Shown: piece by piece, positions 29,618-38,706 of the stretch
Layout: every line of letters begins with the position of its first letter
Position numbering within the stretch: the first letter of the stretch is position 1
Assembly: GCA_051745145.1 (NCBI GenBank)
Contig: JBNJDT010000006.1
Location: 2,545-66,544, forward strand
DNA from: Elusimicrobiota bacterium
GTDB lineage: Bacteria; CG03; SLGR01; JAGXOG01
DNA: 64,000 bases
Direction of reading: 5' to 3'
Translations under genes and position numbers: made by a program
The notes under the pieces: generated by a model
Seen by the model: the letters and a program-made list of their open reading frames with translations, nothing else
Databases searched by the model: none
What the model was told of the DNA's origin: nothing

Positions 29618-30324
29618 TTAATTAAGTTTTTCATTTCCCTAACTGCCTTCTTTAGACCTGTAAATACGGATCGACAGACAATCGAATAGCCAATATTTAA
29701 ATCACTTATAATATCTATCCCGGCAACCGGTTTGACATTTTTGTAATTCAAGCCGTGCCCGGCATTAACTTTTAAATTCTTTTCATAAGCTAATCCGGCA
29801 CCCTTTTTTATTTCATTAAACAAGATATCTCTATCTTTTTTTACTGCGTTGGCATAACTTCCGGTATGTAATTCCACGCTATCTGCCCCTGCTTCCCGGG
29901 AAGCCTCAATCTGCTGGCTATCCGGATCAATAAACATAGATACTTCAATTCCGGACTTCTTTAAACTATCTACTGTGCTCTTTAAACTGTCCAGGTTGTT
30001 TTTTACATCCAGGCCCCCTTCAGTGGTAAGTTCTTCCCTCTTTTCGGGTACCAGGCAGACGCTTTCCGGTTTAACCTCAAGAGCGATCTGGACTATCCGG
30101 GGAGTGTCAGCCATCTCCAGATTAATGGGTAAAATATTTTCTCTTTTGAGAAGATAGACATCATCGTCCTGAATATGGCGCCGGTCTTCTCTAAGATGTA
30201 CCGTTAAATTATCCGCTCCCCCTTTTTTTACTTCTACGGCAGCTTTTAAGAGGTTGGGTATGCCTTCCTTTCTGGCTTGCCGCAAAGTAGCTACATGGTC
30301 TATATTTACTCCCAGTTTAGTCAT
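29614..30324 (-). CDS. pdxJ: Pyridoxine 5'-phosphate synthase
   Basis: LGVNIDHVATLRQAR, TVHLREDRRHI, LVPEKREELTTEGG, VELHTG, NAGHGL. Confidence 0.97.
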   Translation of the reverse strand: MTKLGVNIDHVATLRQARKEGIPNLLKAAVEVKKGGADNLTVHLREDRRHIQDDDVYLLKRENILPINLEMADTPRIVQIALEVKPESVCLVPEKREELTTEGGLDVKNNLDSLKSTVDSLKKSGIEVSMFIDPDSQQIEASREAGADSVELHTGSYANAVKKDRDILFNEIKKGAGLAYEKNLKVNAGHGLNYKNVKPVAGIDIISDLNIGYSIVCRSVFTGLKKAVREMKNLIK

Positions 30325-30404
30325 TGGACAATATACATCACATACATCCAGAGCACTACAGCAATTACCAGAGCAAGAATTTTTAACTTAAAATTTTTTT
30401 TCAT
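30321..30404 (-). CDS. Uncalled 27-aa membrane peptide MKKNFKLKILALVIAVVLWMYVMYIVQ, resembling the CdaR (YbbR) N-terminal TM helix
   Basis: Translated by hand; ATG 6 nt after the cdaA stop; its TGA overlaps the pdxJ ATG (ATGA); fills the whole intergenic gap. Confidence 0.75.
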   Translation of the reverse strand: MKKNFKLKILALVIAVVLWMYVMYIVQ

Positions 30405-30410
30405 CGGATA

Positions 30411-31208
30411 TTAATCCACCTGTACCGGTTCATCGACTACTTTCTCCCTGTAATACTCCAATAAAGTATCCTTAATTTCTTCAATTTCCAAATCTTTTTT
30501 TAAATTACCTTCTCGGGCCATGGAATATTTTCCGGATTCCTGGGAAACTATTATAACTATGGCATCGGAAACCTCTGTTAAACCCACACCTGCCCGGTGT
30601 CGGGTACCCATAACTTTAGACATCCGGTTATTGTGAGTAAGCGGTAGAATACAACCTGCCGCAACAACCCGGTCTCCGGACAGTATAACTGCCCCGTCAT
30701 GCAGCGGCGAGGGCGGGGTAAAAATTGTCTCTAACAATTCCGAAGATATTTCCGCATTTACCGTTATGCCGGTCTCTATATAATTTCTTAAACCCGTCTC
30801 CTGTTCTAATACTATTAAGGCTCCATTTCCCCGGCGGGAAATATTTTTGACGCTCTTAACTAATTCTTCTATAAACTCCACTTTTCCCCGCATTATAATG
30901 CGGGTTAGACGCCCGGATCCAAGATGAGCCAGAAAACTTCTTATCTCTGGTTGAAAAACTATTACCAGGGCTACAGCTCCGGCAACCCAGAACCACCTGA
31001 CCATCCATCCTATAAGAACTAAATTTAAAACGTCGGCAAATAAAGTAGCCACCAGAAGAAATACTATCCCCCGCAGTACCTGTACAGACCTTGTTCCGCG
31101 GATAAGGGTAAATAACTTATATATAACAAAAGCACTAATAAATATATCTAAAATGTGTCTTAAATAATTCACCCAAAAATTTTGTAAAATTGGTAAAATT
31201 TCTGTCAT
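30411..31208 (-). CDS. cdaA: Diadenylate cyclase CdaA (DacA)
   Basis: Three N-terminal TMs, VIVFQPEIR, GALIV, SPLHDGA, GTRHRAG, VSQESG. Confidence 0.95.
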   Translation of the reverse strand: MTEILPILQNFWVNYLRHILDIFISAFVIYKLFTLIRGTRSVQVLRGIVFLLVATLFADVLNLVLIGWMVRWFWVAGAVALVIVFQPEIRSFLAHLGSGRLTRIIMRGKVEFIEELVKSVKNISRRGNGALIVLEQETGLRNYIETGITVNAEISSELLETIFTPPSPLHDGAVILSGDRVVAAGCILPLTHNNRMSKVMGTRHRAGVGLTEVSDAIVIIVSQESGKYSMAREGNLKKDLEIEEIKDTLLEYYREKVVDEPVQVD

Positions 31209-32026
31209 ATTCTTTCCCTATTTAAAGCTTTAACCACTTCCAGCGCCTGTTTAGTCTCTTTTACATCGTGTACCCTGAGAACCGATATATCCAAAAAAGC
31301 AGACCAGCAGGATACTGCCAGAGAACCGCTCAATCTCTGATTCGGGGGTAAATCCAAAAGATCCTTTAAAAAAGATTTCCGGGACGCTCCCAGTAAGACC
31401 GGATACTCATCGCTCAGTTTGTCAATATTAGCTATTATTTTAAGGTTGTGTTTTAAAGTTTTGCCAAAACCTATTCCGGGATCTATCAAAATATTATCTT
31501 TATCTACGCCTTCTTCCAAACATTTATCGGCATTTTTATGAAGAAAGTTACGGATATCAGTTAACAGATCTTTATACTGTGGGCTATCCTGCATATTCTC
31601 TGGATTACCCTGCATATGCATAATACATATGGCGGGATTATATTCTGCAACTGTTTTTCGCATTTTTGGATTTCTAAAGCCGGCTACATTATTTATCATA
31701 TCCACTCCCCTCTCTAAAACCTCCCGGGCAACTTTTGGGCTGGTAGTATCACAGGAAATTTTTATATCCGGAAAAGAGTCTTTTAATTTTTCTATTACAG
31801 GTAATACTCTGCTCATCTCTTCTCCCGCTGAAATACTTTTCGACCCGGGACGGGTTGATTCCCCGCCTATATCTATGATATCCGCCCCATCTTCATTTAA
31901 TTTCAAAGCCCTCTGGAATGCTTTTTCCGGATCGTTATATTTACCCCCGTCGTAAAATGAATCCGGAGTAATGTTTAATACCCCCATTATAGAAGGCGAC
32001 TTATAAAATAAATCTTCTATTTTCAT
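31205..32026 (-). CDS. folP: Dihydropteroate synthase
   Basis: MGVLNITPDSFYDGG, DIGGESTRPG, DPGIGFGK, GASRKSF, RVHDV. Confidence 0.97.
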   Translation of the reverse strand: MKIEDLFYKSPSIMGVLNITPDSFYDGGKYNDPEKAFQRALKLNEDGADIIDIGGESTRPGSKSISAGEEMSRVLPVIEKLKDSFPDIKISCDTTSPKVAREVLERGVDMINNVAGFRNPKMRKTVAEYNPAICIMHMQGNPENMQDSPQYKDLLTDIRNFLHKNADKCLEEGVDKDNILIDPGIGFGKTLKHNLKIIANIDKLSDEYPVLLGASRKSFLKDLLDLPPNQRLSGSLAVSCWSAFLDISVLRVHDVKETKQALEVVKALNRERI

Positions 32027-32027
32027 C

Positions 32028-32591
32028 TTATTTATTTTCGTTAATTAAAGACAAAGCTTCGCTTCTGGTCCGGGCGTCTTTTAAAAATATTCCCTTCATA
32101 GCTGAAGTTACAACTTTAGAACCGGCTTTTTTTATTCCTCTCATAACCATGCAAAGATGCTGGGCTTCAATTATAACCATCGCTCCCCTGGGCTTTATAT
32201 TTTCCATCATCGATTCTGCTATAGTTTCAGTAAGTCTCTCCTGCAGCTGAAGTTTTTTAGAGACTGCTTCAACCAATCGGGCAATTTTTGATAACCCGGT
32301 TACATTGCCATCTTTTGGAATATAAGCCACATGTGCTTTACCTACAAAAGGAAGAAGATGGTGTTCACAAACAGAATGAAAAGATATATCTTTAACTAAA
32401 ATTATTTCCGAATATCCCTCTTCTTTAAAATAGACCGGCGGGGCCTTAGGAGACTCATCATACGCACTGAATATTTCAGTACACATTCTGGCCACCCTAT
32501 CCGGGGTTTCCTTTAAGCCGGGTCTGGACGGATCTTCGCCGATACCTTCCAGGAAATTTCTAACTGCTTTCTTTATCTTTTTCTTGTTCAT
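32028..32591 (-). CDS. folE: GTP cyclohydrolase I
   Basis: [37 protein letters not shown]. Confidence 0.97.
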   Translation of the reverse strand: MNKKKIKKAVRNFLEGIGEDPSRPGLKETPDRVARMCTEIFSAYDESPKAPPVYFKEEGYSEIILVKDISFHSVCEHHLLPFVGKAHVAYIPKDGNVTGLSKIARLVEAVSKKLQLQERLTETIAESMMENIKPRGAMVIIEAQHLCMVMRGIKKAGSKVVTSAMKGIFLKDARTRSEALSLINENK

Positions 32592-34566
32592 TGGAATTAT
32601 CTTTTACCTGTGCTTCCTTTTTTTTCTCCTTATTTTTACCTTTCTCTGCCTTTTCACTCTTATCAGTACTGTTCTTTTTATCTTTAGATTTTTTATTTTT
32701 ATCTGACTTTTCTCTATCGGATTTTTCTTCTTTTTCTTCCTTGTTATTGTCAGGGGCCAAACCCACTATTCTTTTAAGTTCATCGGATTCAATTATCTCT
32801 TTCTCTATCAGTTCTTCGGCCAACTTACGCAAACTGTCCTGATTATCGGTTAAAATTTTCCGCGCCTTTTTAAGACATTTATCAATTATATTTTTTACCC
32901 CTTTGTCAATTAGCTGGGCTGTCTCCTCGGAATATTCTCTGCCCTGGGCCAAATCCTTACCCAAAAAGACTTTCTCCTTGTCTTTATCGTATGTCAAAGG
33001 CCCCAATTCATCACTCATACCGTATTCGGTGACTAATTTATAGGCCATTTCGGTAACCTGCCGGAGATCATTCTGGGCCCCTGTTGTCTTTTCATTGAAT
33101 ATTAACTGCTCTGCAATCCTCCCTCCCAGCATTACAGTCATCTTATCAGTTATCTCGACTTCGGAGGTAAGATGCTTATCTTCCAGGGGAAGTTGCAGGG
33201 TATACCCTAAAGCCGGGCCTCTAGAAAGTATGGAAACTTTATGGACCGGATCCGCATTTTCCAGATGTAAAGCTACTAAAGCGTGACCGGCTTCGTGATA
33301 GGCTATTTTTTCTTTTTCTTCATCAGAGATTACTCTGGATTTTTTCTGAGGACCGGCAATAACTCTGTCTATAGCTTCTTCAATATGGTGCATCGTGACC
33401 TTATCGGCTTCTTCTCTCCCGGCCAGCAGGGCACCTTCATTTATTATATTTGCTATATCACTGCCCACAAACCCCGGAGTTCTTCTTGAAAGGACATCAT
33501 AATCAATATCATCATCCATTTTCACATCTTTTGCATGGAGCTGAAATATTTCCTTGCGTTCATTTATATTGGGGCGGGGTACTCCTATATGCCGGTCAAA
33601 CCTGCCTTTTCTCAAGAGAGCGGAATCTAAAACATCCGGACGATTTGTAGCTCCTATGAGTATAACTCCTTCTCTTGAATCAAACCCGTCCAGTTCTTTT
33701 AATATCTGGTTAAGGGTCTGTTCCCTTTCATCATGTCCGCCGCCCAGTCCGGAAAAACGGGATCTGCCTACAGCATCCAGTTCATCAATAAATATTATAC
33801 AGGGGGAATTTTTGCGCCCTCTTTCAAAAAGGTCTCTTATCCGGGATGCCCCGACTCCCACAAACATCTCTACAAATTCACTTCCGGAAGCTGAAAAGAA
33901 CGGTACATCCGCCTCGCCGGCTATAGCTTTTGTAAGAAGAGTTTTACCGGTGCCCGGCGCTCCATAGAGTAAAACTCCTTTAGGTATATCGGCTCCCAGA
34001 CGGGTAAATTTTTTAGGATTTCTTAAATACTCGACTATCTCCTGCAGTTCTTCTTTAATCTCTTCCAGGCCGGCAACGTTGTCAAACGTTATATTTTTTT
34101 CTTTCTTTTTTACATGCATTTTGGCCTTGGATTTTCCGAATTTCAAAGCGTTTTTGCCGCCGGAACGCATCTGATTCATTATTACAATCCAGATAACTAT
34201 CAATAGAAGAATGGGCCCGAAATTAAACAGGGCCATCTGCAGCCAGCCGCTGGATATGTCTCCTTTAAATTCCACTCCCGCTTCCCGCAGATCTTTTACA
34301 AGTTCGGTATCCTCTACTACAGTTGTTTTAAACTGTACTTCTTCTCCGGTAGTAGAAGATAAAAAAGTACCGGTAATTTCCTCTTCAGAAATTTCAACCT
34401 GCTGCAGCCTGCCCGCATCCAGTTTGTCTCTAAACTCACTGTAAGCTATCTCTTCTACTTCTTTTTGATTGCCCAGGTATCCGGTTAATAAAATAGCTCC
34501 CAGTATTAAAACTATCCAGAACGAAAACCCTTTAAAAAATTCTTGTTTCTTTTTATTTTTACTCAT
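32560..34566 (-). CDS. ftsH: ATP-dependent zinc metalloprotease FtsH
   Basis: Two TMs, [33 protein letters not shown]. Confidence 0.98.
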   Translation of the reverse strand: MSKNKKKQEFFKGFSFWIVLILGAILLTGYLGNQKEVEEIAYSEFRDKLDAGRLQQVEISEEEITGTFLSSTTGEEVQFKTTVVEDTELVKDLREAGVEFKGDISSGWLQMALFNFGPILLLIVIWIVIMNQMRSGGKNALKFGKSKAKMHVKKKEKNITFDNVAGLEEIKEELQEIVEYLRNPKKFTRLGADIPKGVLLYGAPGTGKTLLTKAIAGEADVPFFSASGSEFVEMFVGVGASRIRDLFERGRKNSPCIIFIDELDAVGRSRFSGLGGGHDEREQTLNQILKELDGFDSREGVILIGATNRPDVLDSALLRKGRFDRHIGVPRPNINERKEIFQLHAKDVKMDDDIDYDVLSRRTPGFVGSDIANIINEGALLAGREEADKVTMHHIEEAIDRVIAGPQKKSRVISDEEKEKIAYHEAGHALVALHLENADPVHKVSILSRGPALGYTLQLPLEDKHLTSEVEITDKMTVMLGGRIAEQLIFNEKTTGAQNDLRQVTEMAYKLVTEYGMSDELGPLTYDKDKEKVFLGKDLAQGREYSEETAQLIDKGVKNIIDKCLKKARKILTDNQDSLRKLAEELIEKEIIESDELKRIVGLAPDNNKEEKEEKSDREKSDKNKKSKDKKNSTDKSEKAEKGKNKEKKKEAQVKDNSNEQEKDKESS

Positions 34567-35120
34567 AAATCCTTCCTGTAAATTTCAGGTTTTAAAGTTC
34601 CTAAATAAGGTAAATTTCTATACTTTTCCCTGTAATCCAGCCCGTATCCTACTACAAACTTATCCGGAATTTCAAAACCCATGTAATCTATATCTATATT
34701 AACTTCATTATTCTCCGGTTTATAAAGAAGAGAACATATATTAAAACTGGCCGGCTTTCTGGTTAAAAAATTATCTCTCAAGTAAGCCATGGTTAAACCC
34801 GTATCAATAATATCCTCTACAATAATAACATGCCTGTCTTCTATGCTTTCCCGTAAATCCATTACCAATTTTACTACCCCCGAAGATTCCGTATCCCCTT
34901 CGTAAGAAGATACAGCTATAAAATCTATGGAACTTTCTATAGTTACATACTTTAAAAGGTCGGATAAAAATACTACACTCCCTTTTAATATGGATATTAA
35001 AACAGGATTTTTTCCGGCAAAATCCCTGTTAATTTCTTCGGCCAGCTCCCTGACTTTGTCATCAATTACCTTTTCGTCTATTAGTACTTCCCGAATATCT
35101 TTATTTACATTATCTTTCAT
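34563..35120 (-). CDS. hpt: Hypoxanthine phosphoribosyltransferase
   Basis: LKGSVVF, IIVEDIIDTGLT, FVVGYGLDY. Confidence 0.96.
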   Translation of the reverse strand: MKDNVNKDIREVLIDEKVIDDKVRELAEEINRDFAGKNPVLISILKGSVVFLSDLLKYVTIESSIDFIAVSSYEGDTESSGVVKLVMDLRESIEDRHVIIVEDIIDTGLTMAYLRDNFLTRKPASFNICSLLYKPENNEVNIDIDYMGFEIPDKFVVGYGLDYREKYRNLPYLGTLKPEIYRKDL

Positions 35121-36486
35121 CTTCTACCTTAATTTTTATTATTCTTTCCGTTTTTTCTGTAACAGGAGCATAATTTGAACGCCGGTAAGACGAAACCCAA
35201 ATTATTTGCCCGCTGTTCTCCACAATTAATAACCTGTTTCTTTCTTCTGCCGTTAATTTTTCATCTATACAAAAATCTTTTACTTTTTTTGTCCCGTTCA
35301 TGCCCCACGGGCTGAATTTATCCCCTTTTTTCCTGGACCGGACAGTAAAATAATTTCCGGAAACTTTATCTGCATCAAAATATTCCCGGCTGCCGGCCGA
35401 TATTAAATTTACATCATCTTTATCTTTAGAAAATTCAGTAACTCTAACAGTTTTTTTCACTTCGGGGATATAGGTTTCTTCCCCAACCTTTAAACTATAA
35501 TTAAAATTCTGCCCCCGGTTAATCCCTTTTTCAAAAATTAATCTGTCATATTCTTTCCGGGCTATCCAGCCTTCTCCAATATCGATATATTTTAATGCCC
35601 CTTTTTTAGATATTAATCTAACTAAAGAGAATAAATTTTCTGCTTTAAGCGAAACCGGACTCAACCTCTTTAATATTCTTCTGATTAACCATTTATTATA
35701 ACTTAATACAGTTTCCAATTCAATTATTTTCTTCTCTTCTTCCTCAATATAATTGACTTTTTTTATTTTACGGTTAACTATCCTTTCAAGCACCTTTTCT
35801 TCCTGATTAAAAATTCGGGCCTCTTTATAAATGTTTTTTTCAAAAGACGGATTAATATTTTTAAGCATGGGAATCACTTTGTGTCGGATATAATTTCTGG
35901 GTATTGAAGTATCCCTGTTACTCTTGTCTTCGCGGTATTTTAAGTCTTTTTTTTCAATATAATTATATATTTCCCGGGTTGTTATACTCAGTAATGGTCG
36001 GACAACTTTCCAGCCGGAGGTTAAATTAAATGTTTTTCTTATTCCCTGGATTCCCCCTTTTCCGGTACCTTTTACAATTCTAAAGAGTACTGTTTCCGCC
36101 TGGTCACTGGCTGTATGAGCGGTAAATATTATCCCTTTTCTAGAAATATCCTCCCCTATGAGCCTCAATTTTCTATACCTTAAAATACGGGCGGCTTCTT
36201 CAATGGATAAATTATTATCTTTGCTAAAACCTTCAACATCAAGATCTATTATTTTTATCGGGAAATTTGTCTTATCGGATAATTTCTCTACAAACTCGGC
36301 GTCTTTTCCGCTTTCCTTTCGTAAATTATGGTTAAAATGAACTATCCGGGATTTTGTGGAAAATTTGTCTGCAAATTTATTTACTGCATCTAATAAAACT
36401 ACTGAATCTTTACCGCCGGAAACAGCCAGCAAAAGAGGTAATTCAAAATTTATACTCTTATATACTCTTTCAATAATTTTATTCAC
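35110..36486 (-). CDS. tilS: tRNA(Ile)-lysidine synthase
   Basis: AVSGGKDS PP-loop, HFNHNLR, TAH, RPLL, DKSN...RNYIRH; tilS-hpt-ftsH synteny. Confidence 0.96.
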   Translation of the reverse strand: MNKIIERVYKSINFELPLLLAVSGGKDSVVLLDAVNKFADKFSTKSRIVHFNHNLRKESGKDAEFVEKLSDKTNFPIKIIDLDVEGFSKDNNLSIEEAARILRYRKLRLIGEDISRKGIIFTAHTASDQAETVLFRIVKGTGKGGIQGIRKTFNLTSGWKVVRPLLSITTREIYNYIEKKDLKYREDKSNRDTSIPRNYIRHKVIPMLKNINPSFEKNIYKEARIFNQEEKVLERIVNRKIKKVNYIEEEEKKIIELETVLSYNKWLIRRILKRLSPVSLKAENLFSLVRLISKKGALKYIDIGEGWIARKEYDRLIFEKGINRGQNFNYSLKVGEETYIPEVKKTVRVTEFSKDKDDVNLISAGSREYFDADKVSGNYFTVRSRKKGDKFSPWGMNGTKKVKDFCIDEKLTAEERNRLLIVENSGQIIWVSSYRRSNYAPVTEKTERIIKIKVEDER

Positions 36487-36506
36487 GGATTAGAAAACGG
36501 TGGGAA

Positions 36507-36986
36507 TTAATTACCCGGGGAAGTTTTTATACCAAAAAGATCTTCAAATACCCACTTGTCTCCCTCTTTTACCAGAGTTATTTTTTCAGGATAATTGTCA
36601 ACTTTTATTTGAGCTTTTCCGCTGTTGATTTTTTCTACAGAATAGTTTTCTTCATCCACCGGGGGCCCGGCAGGTACCACACTTTTTCCCATAACATATG
36701 CCAGTTTTTTACTGCGGTATAGATTCTGGTATACTTCTTCCTCTTTTTCAATATCGATGGTATCATAGTTCTCCTCAAACCATTCCCAATCTTCTTTTTT
36801 AAAGCAGCGTATCGCCCTCCGGTAAAAACGGTGATCTGCCACTACCCTTAACGTCTGGGCCGCGCGGCGGTAAGTCTCATATACCCCTTCAGGGTTATTA
36901 TATTCTGAAAGATCTGTCTGTTTACAACCGGAAGATAATATCCCCAAAATTAATAAAAAAAATACAATATATTTATTTCTTATCAT
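36507..36986 (-). CDS. Hypothetical lipoprotein
   Basis: Signal peptide with lipobox SSGC. Confidence 0.7.
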   Translation of the reverse strand: MIRNKYIVFFLLILGILSSGCKQTDLSEYNNPEGVYETYRRAAQTLRVVADHRFYRRAIRCFKKEDWEWFEENYDTIDIEKEEEVYQNLYRSKKLAYVMGKSVVPAGPPVDEENYSVEKINSGKAQIKVDNYPEKITLVKEGDKWVFEDLFGIKTSPGN

Positions 36987-37020
36987 TTATATTTATATAC
37001 TTTATCGCTTTTAATTTTAT

Positions 37021-37120
37021 AAAAACAAAAGCTAATTCACAAAAACTAAAACTAACTCACAAAAACTAAAATTACCTCACAAAAACTAAAATTACCTCAC
37101 AAAAACTAAAACTAATTTAT
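37021..37120. repeat. Five tandem 20-bp repeats, consensus AAAAACTAAAA(C/T)TA(A/C)CTCAC
   Basis: Units start at 37021, 37041, 37061, 37081, 37101; units 3 and 4 identical, outer units degenerate. Confidence 0.9.
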
Positions 37121-37128
37121 AAAAAATT

Positions 37129-37205
37129 TGGTAGCGGAGGAGGGACTCGAACCCCCGACACGCGGATTATGATTCCGCTGCTCTAACCACCTGAGCTACT
37201 CCGCC
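37129..37205 (-). tRNA. tRNA-Met (CAT), elongator type
   Basis: GGCGGAG acceptor, D-arm TAGCTCAGGTGGTTAGAGC, anticodon arm GCGGA-ATCATAA-TCCGC, GGTTCGAGTCC, encoded CCA; 77 nt. Confidence 0.95.
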
Positions 37206-37373
37206 ACTACTTAGACTCTTTTTATAATAAATTACTTTAAAATTTTCAAATTTTTATGTTTTAAATTTAATATAAAAAATGCTTGATCTTATATTTTAAA
37301 ATATTTAAAACATCTTTCGGATTTACTTTATTTATAGACTTAAATATTTCTTATTTTTTTACTTTACAATAAG

Positions 37374-37414
37374 TTGACATTTTATGTAAAAGTCTGTTAT
37401 ATTTTATTAGGAGG
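37374..37414 (+). promoter_or_regulatory. sigma70 promoter and SD for the response regulator
   Basis: TTGACA 37374-37379, TG-n-TATATT extended -10 (37395-37403), AGGAGG 37409-37414. Confidence 0.65.
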
Positions 37415-37420
37415 TTATAA

Positions 37421-37798
37421 ATGAATTTACTTTCAGATAAAGACGTACTATTTGTAGATGATAACGACAGTATCCGGCAAACCGGTAAACTCATATTGGA
37501 GAGTTGGGATATGAATGTAATTGAAGCAGCAAACGGTAAAGAGGCCATCGCTAAAACTAAAAAAGAAAAACCAGATATTATATTGCTGGATGTAGGCTTG
37601 CCTACTATGAATGGTTTTGAAGTATGCCAAACTCTCAAAGACAATCCCGACACAAAAGAAATTCCGGTTTTACTGTTTACGGGAAGAAGTAATGAAGAAG
37701 ATATAGACAGGGGTTACAAATTTGGAGCCAATGATTACCTTGTTAAACCGGTTGATTGGGAAAGTCTCAAAGAAAAAATAAGTAACATTTTAAAATAA
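37421..37798 (+). CDS. Single-domain response regulator (REC)
   Basis: LFVDD, IILLDVGLP phospho-Asp, FTG, YLVKP. Confidence 0.93.
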   Translation: MNLLSDKDVLFVDDNDSIRQTGKLILESWDMNVIEAANGKEAIAKTKKEKPDIILLDVGLPTMNGFEVCQTLKDNPDTKEIPVLLFTGRSNEEDIDRGYKFGANDYLVKPVDWESLKEKISNILK

Positions 37799-37965
37799 CA
37801 ACTTCAATTAATATTAAAAATTTATATTCATATAATTCCCAATTTAAAATTTATTTTTATAAACTAACCTTTTTGAATATTACCTTATAAATGTTTTTTC
37901 TTCCTCCTCTCATTAGTGAGCGTTCGCATAGTTTCTCCTACCCCTATATATTAATACACAATAAA

Positions 37966-38040
37966 TGGAGCGGGCGAGGGGACTCGAACCCCCGACGTCC
38001 AGCATGGGAAGCTGACATTCTACCACTGAATTACGCCCGC
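37966..38040 (-). tRNA. tRNA-Gly (CCC)
   Basis: GCGGGCG acceptor, anticodon arm TCAGC-TTCCCAT-GCTGG, GGTTCGAGTCC, encoded CCA; 75 nt. Confidence 0.95.
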
Positions 38041-38043
38041 TAA

Positions 38044-38391
38044 TTAATTCTCTTTTAATATCTTTTTTATTTTTAAAAGATCTTTTTTTATTTTTTTTAA
38101 TTCTTCTATTGCAGGACCGGCCATTTCCAAAGGCATTTCAATCTGCTGACCAGCCATTTTTTTCTCTCTTACAAGTTGCTTTTTAGCACCGGCTATACTG
38201 TATTTATCCTTATTAAGTAATTTTTTAATTTTCTTTACAGTGTGTATATCATCCTGAGTATAACGGCGCTGGCCGCTCTCACGTCTTATTGGTCTTAAAA
38301 GTTTAAATTCCGACTCCCAATATCTTAATGTATGCTTGGGAACCTGAGTTATATTTGAAACTTCTCCTATGGTTAAGTACTTCTTTCTCAT
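38044..38391 (-). CDS. MerR-family HTH regulator (short type usually found after ihfA)
   Basis: YLTIGEVS, HTLRYWESEF, GQRRY, YSIAGAK. Confidence 0.9.
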   Translation of the reverse strand: MRKKYLTIGEVSNITQVPKHTLRYWESEFKLLRPIRRESGQRRYTQDDIHTVKKIKKLLNKDKYSIAGAKKQLVREKKMAGQQIEMPLEMAGPAIEELKKIKKDLLKIKKILKEN

Positions 38392-38403
38392 TTATAAATT
38401 TAG

Positions 38404-38670
38404 CTAAACTTTTTCATCCAATTTTGGGGAAGGCTTAAATTTTACTACTTTTTTTGGAGGTATATCTATTTTTTCGCCGGTTTGGGGATTTATTCCCTTT
38501 CTGGCTTTGCGAAATTCAACATAAAAAGAACCAAAATTAGATATTGTTACCCGTTCCTCCCTCTGTAATGCTGATTTTATTGTGTCCAAAAACTTTTCAA
38601 CTGATTCTTTAGCTTCTATATCCGCACATGTTACCTGAGAAACTTTATTTACTATATCTGTTTTATTCAT
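38404..38670 (-). CDS. HU/IHF-family nucleoid protein
   Basis: MNKTDIV, ISNFGSF, GINPQTGEKIDIP, VKFKPS. Confidence 0.93.
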   Translation of the reverse strand: MNKTDIVNKVSQVTCADIEAKESVEKFLDTIKSALQREERVTISNFGSFYVEFRKARKGINPQTGEKIDIPPKKVVKFKPSPKLDEKV

Positions 38671-38706
38671 ACATATACCTCCCGCTTTATTCAGGGTGTA
38701 TCTACA

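Noticed and set aside
37021-37120. 20-bp repeats as a CRISPR array
   Set aside because: Units are directly adjacent with no unique spacers; no cas genes nearby
37129-37205. The CAT-anticodon tRNA near tilS as tRNA-Ile2 or initiator fMet
   Set aside because: Acceptor stem is paired at position 1 (G-U) and lacks the three G-C anticodon-stem pairs of fMet; the sequence matches my recollection of elongator Met; Ile2 not fully excluded without a covariance-model run
37129-38040. tRNA-anchored genomic island or prophage
   Set aside because: No integrase, no duplicated tRNA 3' end, flanking genes are core
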